From NCBI GenBank assembly GCA_963723515.1, contig CAVRQT010000002.1:608001-672000 (forward strand): a stretch of 64,000 bases of DNA, in the 5' to 3' direction. The position numbers and the translations under genes are program-made. The first letter of the stretch is position 1; the number at the start of each line of letters is the position of its first letter. Shown one piece after another: positions 61,776-64,000 of the stretch. The DNA is from Vulcanimicrobiota bacterium. GTDB lineage: Bacteria; Vulcanimicrobiota; Vulcanimicrobiia; Vulcanimicrobiales; Vulcanimicrobiaceae. Under the pieces are notes generated by a model that was given only the letters and a program-made list of their open reading frames with translations, searched no databases and was not told the DNA's origin.

Positions 61776-62429
61776 TTGGCATTATCGAGCGAATCGCACA
61801 CCGAGGCGGCTGCCGAGCCTAAGCGGCGCGCGGGTTCGCTCGCCGGTCCGGTGCTGTCGCTTATCAATGAGTTCAGCAAACTGCCGACCGTCGGTCCAAA
61901 GACTGCAGCGCGATTGGTGTTTTATCTCTTAAATCGCCCGCGTGCAGAAGCGCAAGCGTTGGCGGATGCGATCGTCGCGGTCAAAGATCGCGTGCGAATC
62001 TGCTCCCGATGTTTTTCCATCACCGAAGAAGATCCGTGTCCGTTTTGCACGGATCCGCGCCGCGATTCGCGACTGATTTGCGTCGTCGCGGAAGCCAAAG
62101 ACATCTTTGCGTTAGAGCGGACGTCCGCGTACAGCGGGCGCTACCACGTGTTGGGCGGCTTGATTTCGCCGATGGACGGTATCGGGCCGGCGCAACTGCA
62201 TGTCAAGGAACTGGTGGAGCGGATCGGCTCCGAGACGCCGCAGGAGATCATTCTTGCCACCAATCCGAATGCGGAAGGCGAGGCGACTGCCATTTACCTG
62301 GCGCGTTTGCTGGGACCGCTAGGGGTCAGCGTGACGCGGTTAGCCTATGGGTTGCCGATCGGCGGCGATTTGGATTACGCGGATGAGCTAACGTTGGCGA
62401 AGGCGCTCGAGGGCCGCCGGGCGCTCTAG
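61776..62429 (+). CDS. recR: recombination mediator RecR
   Basis: LPTVGPKTAARL, C4 zinc finger, YHVLGGLISP, ATNPNAEGEAT. Confidence 0.97.
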   Translation: MALSSESHTEAAAEPKRRAGSLAGPVLSLINEFSKLPTVGPKTAARLVFYLLNRPRAEAQALADAIVAVKDRVRICSRCFSITEEDPCPFCTDPRRDSRLICVVAEAKDIFALERTSAYSGRYHVLGGLISPMDGIGPAQLHVKELVERIGSETPQEIILATNPNAEGEATAIYLARLLGPLGVSVTRLAYGLPIGGDLDYADELTLAKALEGRRAL

Positions 62430-62448
62430 CGGCTCGACGCCGGCTTTC

Positions 62449-62463
62449 CTTTGTGATACAAAG
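62449..62463. promoter_or_regulatory. palindromic operator candidate
   Basis: CTTTGT-GAT-ACAAAG immediately upstream of a membrane protein / winged-helix regulator gene pair. Confidence 0.5.
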
Positions 62464-62468
62464 TTATC

Positions 62469-63068
62469 GTGACTGAACTCGAACGTGCGCTCGCGGACAT
62501 CGCGGAGGTGCGGGAGCGACTTGCCGCCGCCCAGCGCTTTCGCGGGTACTCAGCGCTCGCGGCCGCGATGAGCGGACTGTTTGCGCTTGTCGCCGGGGCG
62601 GTTCAAGCGGTTCTCATCGGAACGCCCACGACACCGCGCGAAGGAAGCGTCTATTTTGCGATTTGGTTCGTCTGCTGCACGGCATCTATGGTAGTCAATT
62701 ACGGCGCGATCGCACAGTGGTTCGTGAACGACGCGTCGGCGCGTGAACGCTGGCAGACGCGAACGGTCGGACTTTCAATTTTGCCGGCAATCATTCTCGG
62801 CGCCGCGCTTTCGTTCGCGCTCTTGCGCGTGCAGGAGTTTGCACTCTTGCCCGGAGTGTGGTTCGGATGTTACGGCGTCGGTCTGTTCGCATCGCGTTTA
62901 ACGGTCCCCCGCGGGGTTCTTCCGATCGCCGGCGGTTTCGTTACAATCGGTGCCTTGCTGCTCTTCGTCCCGGCAGCAATCAGCTTGCAATGCTGGATTC
63001 CAGCCGCCGGCTTCGGCATTGCCCAATTGATCATCGCCCTCTTGGTCGCTCGTGATCGCGTTCACTAG
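62469..63068 (+). CDS. hypothetical multi-pass membrane protein
   Basis: About six hydrophobic segments; overlaps the downstream regulator gene. Confidence 0.75.
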   Translation: MTELERALADIAEVRERLAAAQRFRGYSALAAAMSGLFALVAGAVQAVLIGTPTTPREGSVYFAIWFVCCTASMVVNYGAIAQWFVNDASARERWQTRTVGLSILPAIILGAALSFALLRVQEFALLPGVWFGCYGVGLFASRLTVPRGVLPIAGGFVTIGALLLFVPAAISLQCWIPAAGFGIAQLIIALLVARDRVH

Positions 63069-63403
63069 TCTCGAGAAAGTTTTTCACGAGCGCGGCCGGC
63101 TCGCGATCTGCAGCGCACTCGTTGCAGAAGACGATGGACTTTCTTTTCGTCAACTTCAGTCCGCATGCAGATTAACCGACGGCAATCTCAATCGGCATCT
63201 CCATGCGTTGGCCGAACTCGGCATTATCGAGATGTCGCGTAAGACCGGCAAAGGGCGGCCGCAAACGATCGTCCGCATTACCGGACGCGGCCGCGATCGA
63301 TTCCTGGCGTACATCGATGCGTTGGAGGAAATCGTGCGAACTCGTTCAGGCGGCCGATGCCGAGCGATCGAAAGTGCGCCCGGCACAACTGCTTACGGAG
63401 TAA
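63052..63403 (+). CDS. winged-helix transcriptional regulator, apparent frameshift near 63340
   Basis: HERGRLAI...LSFRQL...LTDGNLNRHL...ITGRGRDRF; fusion to the next gene in the ORF track is probably an artefact. Confidence 0.8.
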
Positions 63404-63408
63404 GGCTG

Positions 63409-63849
63409 ATGTGGCGCTCGCTGGCCTTGATCGTATGTGGGCTGGTCATCTGTTCGTGGTTATTTGCGGAGGCGCAAGTGCGTACCGTGCCTCGCGGTAC
63501 CACGATCGTCCATGACGACTTCACGTACACCGTGGAAAGCGTAAAGAAGTACGAAAATCGGTCCGCCACAATTTATGAGGTCGCGTTGCGCGTCGACAAC
63601 CGTGCGAAGCGCGTGTCGTATGTTTGGAGAGACGGGACCGCCTACATTGTTGATGAGCGCGGGCGCACCTACCGTCCTTTCTCGCATGATTCGATCGAGT
63701 TGGAGGCCGGAACAAGTGCGTTGGCGCATCCGCGCTTTCGTCTGCCGCGCAACGCCGAGAGAGCATCGCTTCGTTTCTGGGACACCGTTTTTATGGGAGA
63801 TGTCTTCGACGGTTTGCGCTACGCGCGCACGGCCGTTGCACTCTACTGA
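63409..63849 (+). CDS. hypothetical exported beta-sandwich protein
   Basis: ATG at 63409 after GGAG/TAAGG, signal-peptide-like N-terminus, YIVDERGRTY. Confidence 0.6.
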   Translation: MWRSLALIVCGLVICSWLFAEAQVRTVPRGTTIVHDDFTYTVESVKKYENRSATIYEVALRVDNRAKRVSYVWRDGTAYIVDERGRTYRPFSHDSIELEAGTSALAHPRFRLPRNAERASLRFWDTVFMGDVFDGLRYARTAVALY

Positions 63850-64000
63850 AGGTCGATCGAGTCGCCGATCGCGAGAGAACCAGGCCGCGTGACATCGCAG
63901 TAGATGCCCAGGCAGGCGGCGCGACGATCGGTGATGGTACGCAAAACATTCGGATCGGATTCCCCGGTGCGCAGATCGTAGGTCGGCGTGACGCAGCGTT
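63843..64000 (-). CDS. MOSC domain protein, C-terminal fragment
   Basis: Manual translation RCVTPTYDLRTGESDPNVL...CLGIYCDVTRPGSLAIGD. Confidence 0.8.
   Translation of the reverse strand, partial: RCVTPTYDLRTGESDPNVLRTITDRRAACLGIYCDVTRPGSLAIGDSIDLQ

Noticed and set aside
63052..63849. Regulator fused to an exported domain (265-aa ORF)
   Set aside because: Removing one base near 63340 ends the regulator at 63403, and a separate ATG with a signal-like peptide starts at 63409

Overview
A GC-rich bacterial chromosomal segment spanning the replication origin. Gene content suggests a diderm Terrabacterium, possibly Eremiobacterota/WPS-2; this is an inference from Obg with a C-terminal extension, Jag, an SLH-porin, lpx/lpt genes and DUF3084. 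Left arm: obgE-nadD-maf-mreCD-mrdA, a DUF11 repeat protein, trpS, thiDE, parAB, cca, rsmG-mnmG-mnmE-jag-yidC-yidD-rnpA-rpmH. Centre: oriC, dnaA-dnaN-recF-dciA-gyrB. Right arm: a large outer-membrane/LPS cluster (tamB, bamA, three skp, lpxD-lpxC-fabZ-lpxA-lpxB, a metallophosphoesterase, an lpxB paralogue, an O-antigen ligase, lptC-lptB-lptF/G, DUF3084, an SLH protein), then recQ and dnaX-ybaB-recR. About ten single-base insertions break conserved genes (dnaA, gyrB, mnmG, rsmG, tamB and others) and are most likely sequencing errors. No rRNA, complete tRNA, CRISPR array or transposase was seen. The most unusual signal is a 199-nt modular element found twice, directly upstream of rpmH and of gyrB. 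Each copy has two palindromic modules 66 nt apart plus a nearly identical hairpin module, and each encodes an open reading frame that stops at the downstream start codon. Other leads: a candidate non-canonical UDP-2,3-diacylglucosamine hydrolase in the lpx cluster, an apparently catalytically degenerate LAGLIDADG-like gene beside parS, and a mosaic hairpin repeat after gyrB.
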